Assembly: GCF_009914755.1 (NCBI RefSeq)
Contig: NC_060937.1
Origin: the human T2T-CHM13v2.0 reference genome, Homo sapiens
Length of the DNA stretch: 64,000 bases
Direction: 5' to 3' (one strand)
A program made the position numbers and the translations under genes. Position 1 is the stretch's first letter; every line of letters begins with the position of its first letter. Shown here one piece after another: positions 39,325-54,769 of the stretch. The notes under the pieces are model-generated. The model did no database searches. It was not told the origin of the DNA and saw only the letters and a program-made list of their open reading frames with translations.

Positions 39325-41335
39325 GCTCATGTTTTAGCTCATGTTGTGAAATAGACTCTAAATCAAACACAACGCATGGTATATTTTTTTCATTTGGATA
39401 GGTATACATAAACCATAGATTGTCTTTTCAGAAGTAATAAGTCCAGCAAAAAAATGGTGAGATCTTATTCCCTGCTGTTTATGACAATACTCAGACTCTT
39501 AGGCCAATTTAGCTTCTGTTAAGTTTTATGAAAGTTCTTTTTGGCTTTCTTCCTTGAGAACTCGAGAATTATTTTAGGATGCAGATAAAGTACCACATAT
39601 GTACATAAAGTCAGCAGTCTGCTTCAGTTAAAAAATTCTGGACAGTTATGCTTATGCAGACCAGAAATCTATTATTACTGGAGGAAAAGGGAAGCAACTC
39701 CTGTCATGTGGCTAAAACACAATATTTTAAATATCCAAGGTCTTTTGTAAATTTATTTCACAGTACATTCTGTGGTTCAGAACTACATATAGTTCTGGTG
39801 AATAGACGCCCATATTTCAAGAGTTGTATAATATTCTTCAAATAAAATAATGAAGTCTTCAGGAGTAGATTTGTGATAAAGTTATTGTCTTATAGAAAGA
39901 AAATGGAAATGAAAATACTTGATACAAAATTCACATGTTTCGTGATTCTCAGGTTCAGGTTACCAAATACATGGATCCTCAAACTCTTGCTGCTACAATT
40001 CAAATAATCTACATTTTTTTTTCTTTTAGGGCAAGATCTAAGGAACCTGAATTAACATAAGATCATTTTCTAGTCCCAAACTTGTAAATATGGTTTAATT
40101 TTCCCAAGTACATTTTGATAGAGCAATGTAAGAAATATTATAGATGGATCTAAATAATTGACTTTCCAAAATTAAAGACCCTTATTCATCAAGCTTTTTG
40201 CTCTTGAAAGGAACTGGGTTTCAGACAAATCTGTTAGGCTTCTTACACAATGCTAGTCAATTAGGCAAGTGCCAAAAGGATCTCATTCTGAGATACCTCA
40301 ACCTTAGAATGAGCCTTCACTGTAATCATGCTCCCCAAAGGAATGGAAAAAAAAAGTCAAAGCTGCGAACTGAAAAAAAATACTGCCTTTCTAACACACT
40401 GGGAACACAGAGATGAAAAAATATAGAAGACAGTTTCATGATAGAAATGTGTATGTTAACAGCCATAAACATAGCAAAATCCTGACCATAATAGGTAGTA
40501 GCAGAAGTCTTTGATCAAGGCCATTTTCCATGACTGTCAATAGTTACTAACTACTCAGATAAAAGGCCACATAAGCTTATTGTTTTAACATTCCTAGTCA
40601 ATTCAGTAATCAGTTAGCGTTAATAGGTATCTCAAGTATTTTAAGTTCAGTCCAAATAATTGACTATATAAAAGATGCACAAGTGCACCTTTGGATGATT
40701 ACATTCTGTTCTCAGACCTGTCATCGTTTTCCTCAAAATCACATTTTTTTTTTAACCTGCTTCTGTGTAATTTGATGATACACTGTCAGCACTATTAATT
40801 GTGGGTTAGCAGATGTTCCTGCTTTAAAACTTCCTTGAAAAATGTGCATTCATGAACAAGCATTAAGTATATGTGAAAAACCAAAGAAGCCCACAAGTAT
40901 TAGAACTTTCTTCAGTCTGTACATCTAAATATGCAAGTGCAAACACAAGAGGCATCACCCACCTCCCACCTTTTAATGAACTCTGCATATTTTTGTTTGG
41001 ATAAATAAAGCAGCAGGACATTCAGATGAAATACTTTAAAAATGCAGAAGATTATTAAAATTGTTATTAAAAACAAAATAGAAAAACCACCTGAAGTTTT
41101 TCCAAAATACGGTTGGAATCTACCTATTTTTTTTTTTCATTTTTCATTTCGTTACTTTAGGAAATAAATGCCAACTAGATTCTAAAAAATTTGCTTTGTA
41201 CAACTTTTCTCTTTTTTTCTTTAAGCAAAAGCAGAATTAACTGAAAAGAAAAGAAGCTGTTTGAAGAAACAGCTGAGCCTCAGGAAGGTCAGTGGTGTAG
41301 GCAGGCCTTGGAAGCAACCACAACCAGCGACTTAC

Positions 41336-41552
41336 ATGTCACCTTTCTCCTTTGCTACAAACTAGTTTTCTTCATAAGGTGTAAATCCTGCCTGCAAATA
41401 CCTCCTGACTTAGATTGTGCAGGTTTAGCCACCAGAGAGAGGCAAATGACTCTTTCAGAACCTAATTCAGAATTTTTCTTAACATAATCCATACAACTAC
41501 CGACGCAGTCAGCTCCTTCCCAAAGGGACACAATGCAGACCAGACACTGCAC
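41336..41552 (-). ncRNA. candidate internal non-coding exon
   Basis: acceptor cttcctcctcacctccag and donor CAT|gtaagt; 217 nt with stops in all three frames. Confidence 0.3.
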
Positions 41553-41668
41553 CTGGAGGTGAGGAGGAAGCCTGGGTCTCCAGGCTTTCTGGGTGGTATC
41601 CTTGCTTCACCAGCTCAGGCAAGGTATGTTGCTCCACAAGCCTGCAAACTAAGGCCTAAAAACTAAAT

Positions 41669-41847
41669 CAATGGTTCTCAAACCTGGCTGCACATTAGAA
41701 TCACCTGGGGAGCCGTTAACAAACACCGACGTCCATATTCCACTCCAGACCAATTAAATCAGAATCCCTGGGCATAGGGCCTGTACATCGGTATCCATTA
41801 AATGCTCCCAGGTGATTCCACTGTGCAGCCAGGGCTGAGAACCACTG
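41669..41847. mobile_element. MER5A(1) hAT-Charlie MITE
   Basis: TIRs caatggttctca/tgagaaccactg; 8-bp TSD aactaaat/ggctaaat. Confidence 0.92.
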
Positions 41848-43369
41848 GGCTAAATGATAAATTTAAACTTAATGGAGGAAAAACAAGATAACCACCATAA
41901 CCACCATTAAAACTGCAGTTTAAGAAAAGTAAAACCATATAGAAGTCCTAATTGATCTCAGGCATTTTAAATCAGTTAAAGTTGACTTTTTCCAATAACT
42001 TGTTCACAAGAAACAAATTAAAAATACATTTTGCCTCTTCCTGTTTGTCTAAAGATTTTATAGAACTATCTTCATATATTTTCCAGTCTTGGATCTAATC
42101 CATGCATATTGATTAGCGGTGAATTTATTTTTATAATATTAATTTGGTGGATCTTTTTTCCAATGTCATGTTAATGCATAGAACTCAAATATTATCTCAC
42201 TCTAGTCTCCACAACAGACTCACCTTATGTCTTTCCCCATTACCTCTACTCTGCCCCCTGCCCTGTCAACATGCACCCATAATTATATGTGCATTAACTG
42301 AACTCAGATAACAAGAGCATTCCACCAAATTCAGCCAGTTTATTAGGGCATATTAGGTTTCAAGTTATGCTTATTAACACCCTTGTTAGGAATTGCATTT
42401 TTGCCCAGTGGAGGTAGAAACAGTGGCTTTTGAGTTTTCAACTCTGTCCCCTTCTATCCTGCAATATGCAGTCAAGACATACCTTTAATTGTCTCCATCC
42501 ATTTCTATAGGAGAAACTGGGTTTAAACTTCCAGGAGTGATTTGTCATTCCCTCCACCCCCATCCTCATTTCAAGCACTAACATGGTCTTTTCCATATGA
42601 CATGCTGTGTTTCTGAGTTTGATAGGTAGGCAATAAATAAATGTTTAACAAAATGGATATTTTTGTTTCAGGGGTTATTTGGTGAGACTTTGAATGTTAC
42701 ATTTTGTCTATGTGTTAGAACAGTTCATTTGACTTTCGGTATAAAAATACATCTGCCAAAGACAGTGATTTTACTTGGAGCAGTTAAGCTACTTAAATTT
42801 GGGTCAGGATAGCCTACTTTTAAAAGCATAACATTTATGTCTCTTTCTATGCAACTTATAATATTCAGATACTTAGGGAGAAACACCTGAATACTGATTC
42901 AGGAAGACACATGTATACTACATATTGTATTTAGGCACCTGGTACATTTACACATAAAGCAGTGGCTTTTAGAGAGAGAACCAGACACTTTGTTTAGGCA
43001 GCTGTCAGAATATGATGAATGCTGTCAGTGGTTTGCGCACCTCAGTTTCTCTCCCTTGGGCACCACTGGCTTCCCTGAAAGTATCCTATAGTTATCAATA
43101 TCATATGCAAGTTTCTCTCTTGTATGTCTATGGAATCCTAGAATGTATTAGAGGTTGTATTAGGCTTCTGGAAGAAATCTTGTAAATCAAAAGAAATCAC
43201 ATGTTAAATTATATTCTTCCTTAAATAAGGATATGCATATGTCATGACTAAGAGCAAGTGACACCAGAAAGATAATTGAACTCTAAAAAACGTTAAGTAT
43301 GTAAATGAATCTCGGCTTTTGGCAGTCCACCATGCCATTTTCACAAGCATGCTTTCACCTTCTTCATAA

Positions 43370-43447
43370 CATAAGCATTGTGTCAAACACTTTATTTGAA
43401 TTTAAATTTTAAATTTAATGTCGTCAATAATCCTATGAAGTATATGG

Positions 43448-43485
<38 letters not shown>

Positions 43486-43565
43486 ATATATATATGATTT
43501 TAAACTTAAAAAAATATATATTTTTCTGATAAGAAATAGACTCAGGGAGATTAAGGAAGTTAAAG
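43370..43565 (-). mobile_element. MIR fragment containing (TG)16 at 43451-43482
   Basis: caataatcctatgaag...ttttctgataagaaatagactcagggagattaag flank the TG run. Confidence 0.6.
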
Positions 43566-44104
43566 TTTACTGTCAATTTTGAGTAGATTTAATCTCAAAG
43601 CTCCAAGTTAAATTCTTTTCAGGCTTAGGAAATCCAGACTCCTTTAGGAACCATCAGAGTATCAGAAATTGTCAAGTAATAAAAATAGTTTTAGTTACTT
43701 ATAATTTTACCTCAAAGAAATTCATAAAAATAAGGCATTTTAAATTTGGATAGGCCATTGTGAGACAGTTCTCTAGTCATGCAACATCACACTTTTATCC
43801 GCCTAGAGAAGCGGAAATCTGTTTTACTCTGTCACTCATTCCAATGTTTTATCACTTTCACAGCCAGGAAATGGTGCATTACCATTGCAAAACTTGAATT
43901 TCACATGTTGTTTTAGCTCATATATTCATTTTGTATGTTGAGAAGAAATAACGGTTAGTTGGGACCATTCTTTTCTGTTTATTTGTAGACCCTCCTTCTA
44001 ATGCTGAATGATCTTTTAACTTGGCACTGATGCACCATCATTTTTCTTTTCCTTATAGTTCTCTGATGTTCTGATCCACCAAGTGATTAGTTTTTGCACT
44101 TTAA

Positions 44105-44485
<381 letters not shown>

Positions 44486-44681
44486 TAATTATTTTTATAG
44501 AAATAGAAGAAAGTCTATGATTTCTGTAGTTAGAACACATCAAATTTCAACGTGGCAAATTAAGTACCAGGCTAGGTAACTACATGTTGCTTTCCCCAAT
44601 AGAACCCCATCTATAAATAAATATCCTTTTATTTTCCAGTGGAGCCTAGAATATTTTCTTAAAAGCAAACTTCCAATATGA

Positions 44682-45017
<336 letters not shown>

Positions 45018-46618
45018 CATAACCAGATATTTTATCAGTCATTGTGACTTAGAAATCTCATGCATCTGTGGCTGAATATTTGACAACAGTTTTCTTTTTT
45101 TCCCCAGATATATGAACACAAATGCTTTCATTGCCACATATACCCTTGGCCACAGTTAGATGATTGAATTATAACTGAGTCATGCCTGTGCTGAGTTTTA
45201 GCAGAGTATTCCTGCAGGATCCAACAAGGATAAAAATTGATGTCCCTCTTGAAACAGAGTGGTACAGATGGTGCAGCTTTATAGCTGTCTCCAAATACCA
45301 AATGCCAAACTGCTCCTTTGATAAGGCAAGGCGGTGTAAAGGTTTAAATATAGCCTCTTGGTGGAATGTCAGTGAATGATGGATCCCAGTTACAAACACA
45401 CCAAAATATTCTCTGTTTAAACATTTTTTACAACCATGGTTGTGAAGATTCTATATCAAGGAAATTATGCATGGGGGAAAGAACAGGAAACTTACCCTGA
45501 AAAATCTATGTGTATACTAACAAATCAGTTAAATTTGGAGGAGGGGAGTGTGGAAAAGTACAATGGCAACTAGTAAAGTCAATTTTTCTGCTAACACCTG
45601 CCACAAGTAGAATCTAAAAATGTTACGTTAAATTCACAAGACTTACATATAACAACAATGAAATAGGGAACTTGGCTTTCCTAAATTAGCTTGGTTATCG
45701 TTTTACAGCACAGTTTTCACCAAAATGTCAAATGATGGTCTTGTAGTAGGAGAATGGCATACATATATAGAATGGTTAACTTGATCATTTTATATGTATG
45801 CGTATATGAATTTATTCTTTTGATAAAATATATTTTTAAAGTATTGCTAATATTCATATCCATCTTCATAATTTGTACTAGGGAGATGAACAGCAAGAAG
45901 TAAAATTTTAAAGTACCTGAGACCTTGTCAATTTTTTGTTAAAACTGGTTAAAGAGCCATAAGGAAAACTGGAATTATAGCAAACAGTAGGTTCATGTTT
46001 TAGAACCTTTAAAAATTAGCTAGTGAATTAGTTAAAATTATTTCAGCTAATTTTGAAATAATTGTGAAGATATACAAAAAGAAACATATTGGATAATGTA
46101 AACGGTGTCAGCAAGTAAATCAAGACAAGAAAGTCATCAAATAATTTTGAAAGATGTTTGCAGTTATTGATTTTATAGTGAAAATAAATGATTACCAAAC
46201 TAAAATGTTACCCCTAAAGTAGGTTTATAAGTATACCAATGAGAACAATGTTAAGAAAGCAGCATTTATTTCATCATTACTATAATGCTATCTCTCCTAT
46301 ACCTGGACCATTGTAACACTGAGCACATCAGAATGTCCCACAGAAAGATAATGTTATATTTCTACATATGGTTTGTACTTTATTTAGACTGTTGTATTTT
46401 CTGTAAATGTACTTACCTCTTAGAGGCACGGTAGCCTGACTATCCAGTTTTCACTCATTTCTGCTTTACAAATCACATTGACTTACTGATTTCAGAGGAT
46501 ATGGCTATCAATCTGAACTAGGGAGAATATATCTAATATTTGCAGCAAACTCAACCAAATAAGCTCCTAGTGAGATGGGTTTTAAAAAATCATTTTTTGT
46601 GATTTAATTTACATTTCT

Positions 46619-47956
46619 AAAAGTTTCTGAATACAAAATCAATGTGCAAAAATCACTAGCATTTCTATACACCAATAACATCCAAGCTGAGTACCAAATC
46701 AAGGATGCAATCTGATTCACAATAGCCACCAAAAGAATAAAATACTTAGGAATACAACTAAGTAAGGAGATGAATGATTCTCTACAATGAGAATTACAAA
46801 ACTTTTGCTGAAAAAAATTAGAGATGACATAAATGGTAAAACATTCCATGCACAAGGATAGGAAGAATCAATATGGTTAAAATGTCTATACTGCCCAAAG
46901 CAATGTACAGATTCAATGTTATTCTGATCAAACTACCAAAACATTTTTCATGGAATTAGAAAAAACTATTCTAAAATTCATACAGAATCAGAAAAGAGCC
47001 CAAATAGCCAAAGCAATCCCAAGCAAAAGGAACAAAGTTTGAGACATGCATTACCCAACTTCAAACTATACTACAAGGTGATAGTAACCAAAACAGCATG
47101 GTACTGGTTCAAAAAATAAACATATAGACCAATGGAATGGGTTAGAGAACCCAGAAATAAAACTGCACACCTATGAGCATCTGTTCTTCAACAAAGTTAA
47201 CAAAACCAAGCAATGGGGAAAGGACTTTCTATTCAATAAATAATGCTGAGATAACCAGCTAGCCATATGCAGAAGATTGAAACTGGACCCCTTCCTTTCA
47301 CCATATACAAAAATTAACTCAAGATGGATTAAATACTTAAATCTAAAGCCTAAAACTATAAAAACCCTAGAAGAAAACCTAGAAAACATCATTCTGGACA
47401 TAGATCCTGGCAAAGATTTCATGCCAAAGATGGCAAAAGCAATGGCAACAAAAACAAAATTTGACAAGTGGGATCTAATTAAACTATAGAGCTTCTGCAC
47501 AGCAAAATAAGCTATCAACAGAGTAAACAGACATCCTACAGAATAGAAGAAAATATTTGCACACAATGCACAAAACAAAGGTCTAATATCCAGAATATAT
47601 AAGGAACATAAACAAATCAACAACAAAAAACCAAACAACCCCATTAAAAAAATGGGCAAAGAACATGAACAGATGCTTCTCAAAAGAAGACATACACACA
47701 ACCAACAAGCATTTGAAAAAATGCTCAGCATAACTAATCATTAGAGAAATGCAAATCAAAACCATAAGGAAATCCCATCTTACACTTGTCAGAATGGCTA
47801 TTTAAAATAAAAAAATAACAGATGTTGGTGAGGTTGCAGAGAAAAAGGAATGCTTAGACATTGCTGGTGGAAATGTAAATTAGTTCAGCCACTGCAGAAA
47901 GCAGTAAACCTGCACATGTACACCCTGAACCTAAAATAAATGTTGGCAAGAAAAAA
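46619..47956 (+). mobile_element. 5'-truncated L1PA15/16-like element (ORF2 3' part) with an internal deletion
   Basis: ORF 47277..47489 ([18 protein letters not shown]) is L1 ORF2p; multiple stops and frameshifts; probable TSD tacattt(c)taa. Confidence 0.92.
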
Positions 47957-49130
47957 TACATTTTAAGTGTAACATTTGATGAGTTTTGATAAATATAATC
48001 ACTTTTACATTATCCAATCAAGATTTAGAATATTTCCATCACCCCTTAAAATTCCTTTGTGCCACATTTTCAATCATTTCTCTCTGCTTCCACTTCAGAA
48101 AAGCACTGATCTATTTCTCTTACAATTCATTGTTTTTGCCTATTCATATAACTGATACTTTGGATTCTTTTATTTAGCAAAATATTTTAAAATATATCTG
48201 CATTGCTGTATATGACATTATTTTGTTGTTTTAGGAAATTATTCTATTGTATTAATATAGTAGGTTTATCAACTCATATTAATTTTTGATAAAATAGTAA
48301 GCATGTTTATGGGAAATTTTCAAACTGTTTTCCAAAAGTCTTACCATCTTACAATTTTACCAGAAATTTGTATTTCCAGCTTTCCAGTGTTTGGTCATGT
48401 CACTCTTTTGTCAAATCTTGTTTCTACAAGTACTGAAAAAAATCTTATTTTTTTTATTTTTTACCCTGTTAATGTAATAGTTTACATTGATTGATTTCAA
48501 ATATTGAAGCACTTTTGCCTTTCTTAGATAAGCTCTACCTTACAATGTATTATCATATTGGTATATTGTCAGTATTTAGTTATTACTAATATTAAATATT
48601 ATAGCATATTATAAAACATACTTAATATTAAAAACATTAATTTTGCTAATATTTTGTGAGGATTTTGGTATCTGTGTTCATGAAGGATGTAGGTCAGCAA
48701 TTTCCTTCTTTTATGATATGATTGTCAGATTTCAGTATCAGCATTATACGAGACTCATAAAATGAGTTAAAAATTTTTCCTACTTTGTTTTCAGAAAGAT
48801 ATATGTGATGTCACCATTAATGGTTCATTAAATATTTGGTAAATTTCATCAGTAAAAGCATAGAGAATTTTCTTAATGGAAAGGTTTATTATTAACTACT
48901 GATCCATTTTCTTTGATGGGCATAGGCTTTTCAGATTTTCTGTCTTCTTCAGTTTTGGTAAGTTATATTCTTCAAGGAGTTTGTTTATTTTGTAATTTGT
49001 CATATTCGTTAGTATAAAATTAATCATGATAGCCCATTATTTATTTTTCTTTTAATATCTGTAGGGTCTGTAATAGTGTCCTCCTTTGGTCTTCTCTTTT
49101 TGTGGATTAGTTCCCTAAGGGTATGTTATT
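47957..49130 (-). mobile_element. old L1MC/ME fragments
   Basis: cattttaagtgtaacatttgatgagttttga (L1M 3' UTR) and ttgctaatattttgtgaggattttggtatctgtgttcatgaagga (ORF2 antisense). Confidence 0.75.
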
Positions 49131-49519
49131 TCTAATGTATGACCATGTAAAGATGGTCTAAAGATACCAGCAATTAAATGGCTTTTACTTCCTGTGTTTC
49201 TCTCCATCGTACTATTCTTTTACTATTTTGCTTAGAGGGACAAACTCTTCTCAATCTGTATGAGAATTCTATCACTAACAGTTTTAGTACCAAAAGTCAT
49301 GAGTCCCAGGAATTTAGTTACTTAATTAGAGTAAACCAGGAGTATTTGGCATCCTAATTATATATGACCTGAACTGAATCATTTGGTAATCAAATTATTG
49401 TCCTACAATTCCCTTAATGGGATATTTTTCTTAAAAAAGCAGCAATGCAGATCAATCAACATAGCTGTATACATCTAGCTTTTATAATGCTATCAATCCT
49501 CTCGCTTCTACTGGGGATT

Positions 49520-49680
49520 CATTACATATAATATCTTCTTTAATTCTCACATGAACCTATTCTCATGTTATCAATAGTTAATTGAGGCACAGAGATATTA
49601 AGTAATTTGACCATGGTCTCTAACCTGTGTATTAACAAAGTGATAATTTTATTTAGGTAATCTAACTTCATTACCTGTGA
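49520..49680 (-). mobile_element. MIR fragment
   Basis: ttaattctcac...aattgaggcacagagatattaagtaatttgaccatggtc. Confidence 0.65.
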
Positions 49681-51065
49681 CTCTGTCTATTCTCTCAGTA
49701 AGCATCTTAAAGTAAACGTATTTTATGTTTAAACCTCAAAGCAATTTTGACAGTAAAAAAGGAAATATATATATGTGTGTGTATATATATGTATATTTAA
49801 CAATGTAGATTAACATTGACAATGTGAGATTGTTTTGGAGTAGAGGCAGAGAGTTATCCTTTCATTGTATGTTAGAAACTTAAAACTGTTCTCTTTTTAT
49901 TGCTATAATCAGCATGGCATTTCTTTTGTAACTGAAAGAACAGAAATTTGAAAAAAATAATTTTCTCTCTTTAATATATTGTGTCTATTTTTTATTATGC
50001 TAAATAAAGTCTCCTAATCTGGAAAAAAAACTATGCCATTTAACATTTTCAAAAGCACGCAGTTAAAAATTCTCATTTCCAAGACAATTTAGGAAGTAAA
50101 ATAGAGCTTTTGAATTACTTATGAACCAATTTTCCTGGCTATCAATGTTATTTTTCAATTCCTGATTTTTCTTCCATGTACATGTTTTAAGGGCCTGTTG
50201 AGGTAGGTATGGAAAAAAATTTTAGCTTCTCGCAGAAGGTCAGTAAATTATGGATTAACATGTTTATGGTACTTCTTGTTGAGTTGCAGTGATTAAAGTG
50301 TTAAATTCTTTATTGTCCCTTCTGAATGTAGTAAAACCTGACATAAAAACACTTGCAGAAAATTAAGATTTAGTTAAGCTTAGTTTTTTAAAAAAATCAT
50401 GGACCTATGATTCTGGAAGGATATATAAATTCAAGCTTTGTCCTTGAGAGTCAATCTGTTTGTCCAATCTGTTCACATTTTGTAGTCTTTGCATACAATT
50501 TACATTTTAGAATTCACCTCTGGGAAACTCTTCTGTTCTTCTTTAGAGTTGTCTCTAGATTTGGGCTGAGGGTGAGAGATGCTAAGGAATAATATATATC
50601 TAACCATTATTGCACAGCTCCTTTGAACTCATTAAAGAGGATCTTCCAGGAGATTGCCTTAATTTACACTGGATCTTTAGAAGGGACTTGACAGGTGCTG
50701 CTTCTATTTATTTTTCCTTCAAAATGATGCAATAGCAGCAGGCTGTTAGGCTCTTTGACATAGCTCATGACCCATCTGAGATGAGTGGAAATGAAAAGCA
50801 CCTTCTCTCCTATGGGAGCAAGGGTTGGGTTCAATGGAGGAAATATAGAGCACAGTCTCTGCAGTGAGCAGACTATCATTGGATCCTGATTTGCAGCAAG
50901 GTAGCTGAAAAGATTTACTGCACTTCTTGGAGACTTAGTAAACTCATCTGTAGTACATGCAAGGAGACAAGAATGTACACATGAGAGAATGGTGGTCAAA
51001 GATGATACAAGCTTAATAGTGACAAGTGTTCTGCTATGGTAATGTGCTGTATTACCTTTCTTTTT

Positions 51066-51372
51066 TCCTTTTCTTTTTTATTTATTAGGAGTATTATTTT
51101 TTGAGAGAGCCTCACTCTGTCACCCAGGCTGGAGTGCAGTGAAGCAATCTTGGCTCGCTGCAACCTCCGCCTCCTGGTTTCAAGCGATTCTCCTGCCTTA
51201 GCCTTCCAAGTAGCTGAGAATACAGGCACCCACCACCATGCCCGGCTAATTTTTGTATTTTTAGTACAGACAGGTATTCACCATTTTGGCCAGGCTGGTC
51301 TTGAATCCCTGACCTCAAGTGATCCACCTCCCAAAGTGCTGGGATTGTGCTCGTGAGCCACCGTGCTCTGCC
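51066..51372 (-). mobile_element. AluS (Sz/Sx-like)
   Basis: dimer; TSD tgtattacctttctttt at 51048-51064 and 51373-51389. Confidence 0.95.
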
Positions 51373-52155
51373 TGTATTACCTTTCTTTTTATCAACTCTC
51401 TTTGAAACTGAGGAATATGGGACACACAAAGATCTCATAACTTACAGAAAGGAAGCAAGACCTTGGTATTGCTACAAGGCTCCAGGGAAGGCTGAGTGAT
51501 AGGGTAATTTTTCTCAACTACCCAGAGAGAAATGGGCTAAATGTCAATGCTATCTCCGAAGGAATGGTGCCAAACTGTGCTTTGTAGTAATCAAATTTTG
51601 TGAGTGGCATAAGAATATTCTAGTCAAGGATTTATGAGGCAGGGGTTGCCAATCTTTACTACAGATTAATCACTTTATACAGGCATATAAGAGAATAGTA
51701 TGTCTTCTAATGAAGACAATTAAAATAGGCTTTCATGGAGGAAGAAAATGAGGGGCACTATATGTTTCAGATAACTCCAGAGTTCTTTTGTGCCTGGGCC
51801 AGCTATTTTTCAATGAGAGTAGCCATGACTAGTTACTAAGCTTAAACTTTGCTTTGCCCTAAAAACTGTGTGGGATACTGCCGGTCCCCAAAACTGTTCA
51901 GAAAGACAACCTTGTATATTCTCCCTACTAGCATGAAATCATCCCCTATGTGAGTTAGAAGTCATCCATCTAATTCTGTTTCTGCTTTTTGGCCCCAGGC
52001 TTGTGCTCTCCAAGGCTTGTGAATTTCATATATGTTTCTCTTCCTTCCTGCATCTTGAGTTTTCTGTTATTCATAAATACATAAGGCATTTGATGTTATT
52101 TCTTGTAGTAAGTCACTCGGGCTAATGTGTTATCACTGAAAACTAACAGTACCTA

Positions 52156-52569
<414 letters not shown>

Positions 52570-52749
52570 CTAGTTTGGGTATATTTTCCACCAAGCATGT
52601 GTCTCCAAGCAGCAATTCCCTATTTGCTTATGTCTTGTAATATCTTGAACTTGATATTCTTCTAGGAATAATTCCTAATGGGACACCAGGATAATCAATG
52701 AAATAGAAAAAAAATTGAAATTTAAAACAACAACAAAAAACAAAACACC

Positions 52750-52871
52750 TAGGCATGTGCCCTGATTACTCAATAGAGTTAATCAGAATTCTGGTGAAGT
52801 CAGGTGAGCATATCATTATTTTTATTGCTAACCAGGTGATTCTAATATACAGCCAGGATTGCGAATCACTG
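52750..52871. mobile_element. MER5A remnant
   Basis: aatcagaattct...ccaggtgattctaatatacagccaggattgcgaatcactg. Confidence 0.65.
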
Positions 52872-54377
52872 TGATAGAAAAATGACATTTGGTGGGATCT
52901 ATTCATTCACCTAGGCATTAACAAATGTTTACTTTGAAAATACCCTGTGCCAGTGACTGGTTGCAAAAAAAAAAAAAAAAAATCTCAATTTTTAAGGAGT
53001 TCAGAGACTGACAGTACAGAACAGAAAGCTAGACATAAAAAGCCTCCTATGACTTATTATAATTTTTTTTCCTGATAAGTTTTATAAAGTAATACAGGTA
53101 ATTTTCACATGGAACTGTTCAACTCACTGGACCTTATCATATAATTGTTTTGAATTGGAATCACATATAGCCCATAGCATGGCACCTTGGGCAGAAGATG
53201 CATTTACAACTATGTGTCAAGTTGATGTTCATATATGAAGTGACTTTTCTCCCATAATAAATTCCTTTTTAAATAAAATCTAGCAGATGCTGAGACAGAT
53301 TATTAAAGGTCTGTTAAGCTTATGTACTTAATTTTTGTGTTTACAGTCTTATTATATCCCCTTTCTGTCTGAGTAGATATATCTGCCTCTAAGACAGATC
53401 CGTCTCTGAATAATAATGGATTTTAAAGTTAATCTAATCATATTATGTTTGAGATTTAAATGCAATAATAGCAGTTGCTTTTGTTAATGTAAAATTGTAT
53501 TGTACCTTCTTTTGAAGTGATGAAAACAGAAATAGTAACTTCAGGGTCAGGAAACGTAATCTAGACAATCTTCCACAGCTTTCTTGTCTACACAACAAGA
53601 AGTTTGTTTAAAATGGGACAAGTCACTTCATCTTTCTATTAAATAGAATCATCCACTAATAGCAAGGACTGTGCTAGATGTATAGGTAAAAATGCATAAA
53701 ATGAAGTGATTTTACCTGCAAAAGAAGTAGCTGAACCAGTTAGGCTATAAGTTCCTTACCAAAACCAAATTTTATTATTCTAAAATTCTAGAGCTAGAGG
53801 AGGCAAGAGCATGGAAGTCCTCAAAGCAGGATTTTGGTCTTTTTCCAGATCTGTGACTTGAGTAACACTCTCAGCATTAGTCGTTGTTCTGTATAATGTT
53901 AGAATAATACTGACAGTGTTATTTTATATGGTTCTGAAGATTGCTCAAAATGTTTGTAACACTTTTAGGAAATAAAATTTACTTGGTAAACAATAAAAAA
54001 TGATAAGGATATAACTATATAATTTATTCTAAATTAAATTTATTCTAAGTACTTTGAAATAATTTAATAAGGTAGGGAGCAATTCTCAAACTCCATATAT
54101 AGTAATCACCTGCTGTGATTATTCAGCCATGTAAACTGCATTTTTAATTTTCAAGATCATGCTTTTAAAAAGCCCGTTAGCTGCAGATAAACAAAAAAAT
54201 GCATGGGATTCAGTGAACTTTTTCGTTTTTATTTTTTAACTTAAGAAAAGCACATATACAGGTATTTGTCACTAGGTAGACTATTATTTTTGGAAATCAG
54301 AGCATTTCCCTTGTTAAGGGAAACTGATTTGGCAAATGTAGATGGATGGCTTTTTAGAAAAACATACCATTTGATAG

Positions 54378-54688
<311 letters not shown>

Positions 54689-54769
54689 TAGAGAATGCCA
54701 AGTATTCTGAATTAAAAATTTCTGTTAGAGAACATCTTCTTAAATTGACAGACATTAAAGTAAACATAA

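Noticed and set aside
46012-46063. Overlapping 10-bp inverted repeats (aattatttca/tgaaataatt)
   Set aside because: Short and AT-rich, with no features of a MITE or structured RNA; likely chance
47171-47731. Longest ORF (186 aa, hydrophobic)
   Set aside because: It is the antisense reading of L1 ORF2; the sense strand is a broken ORF2p
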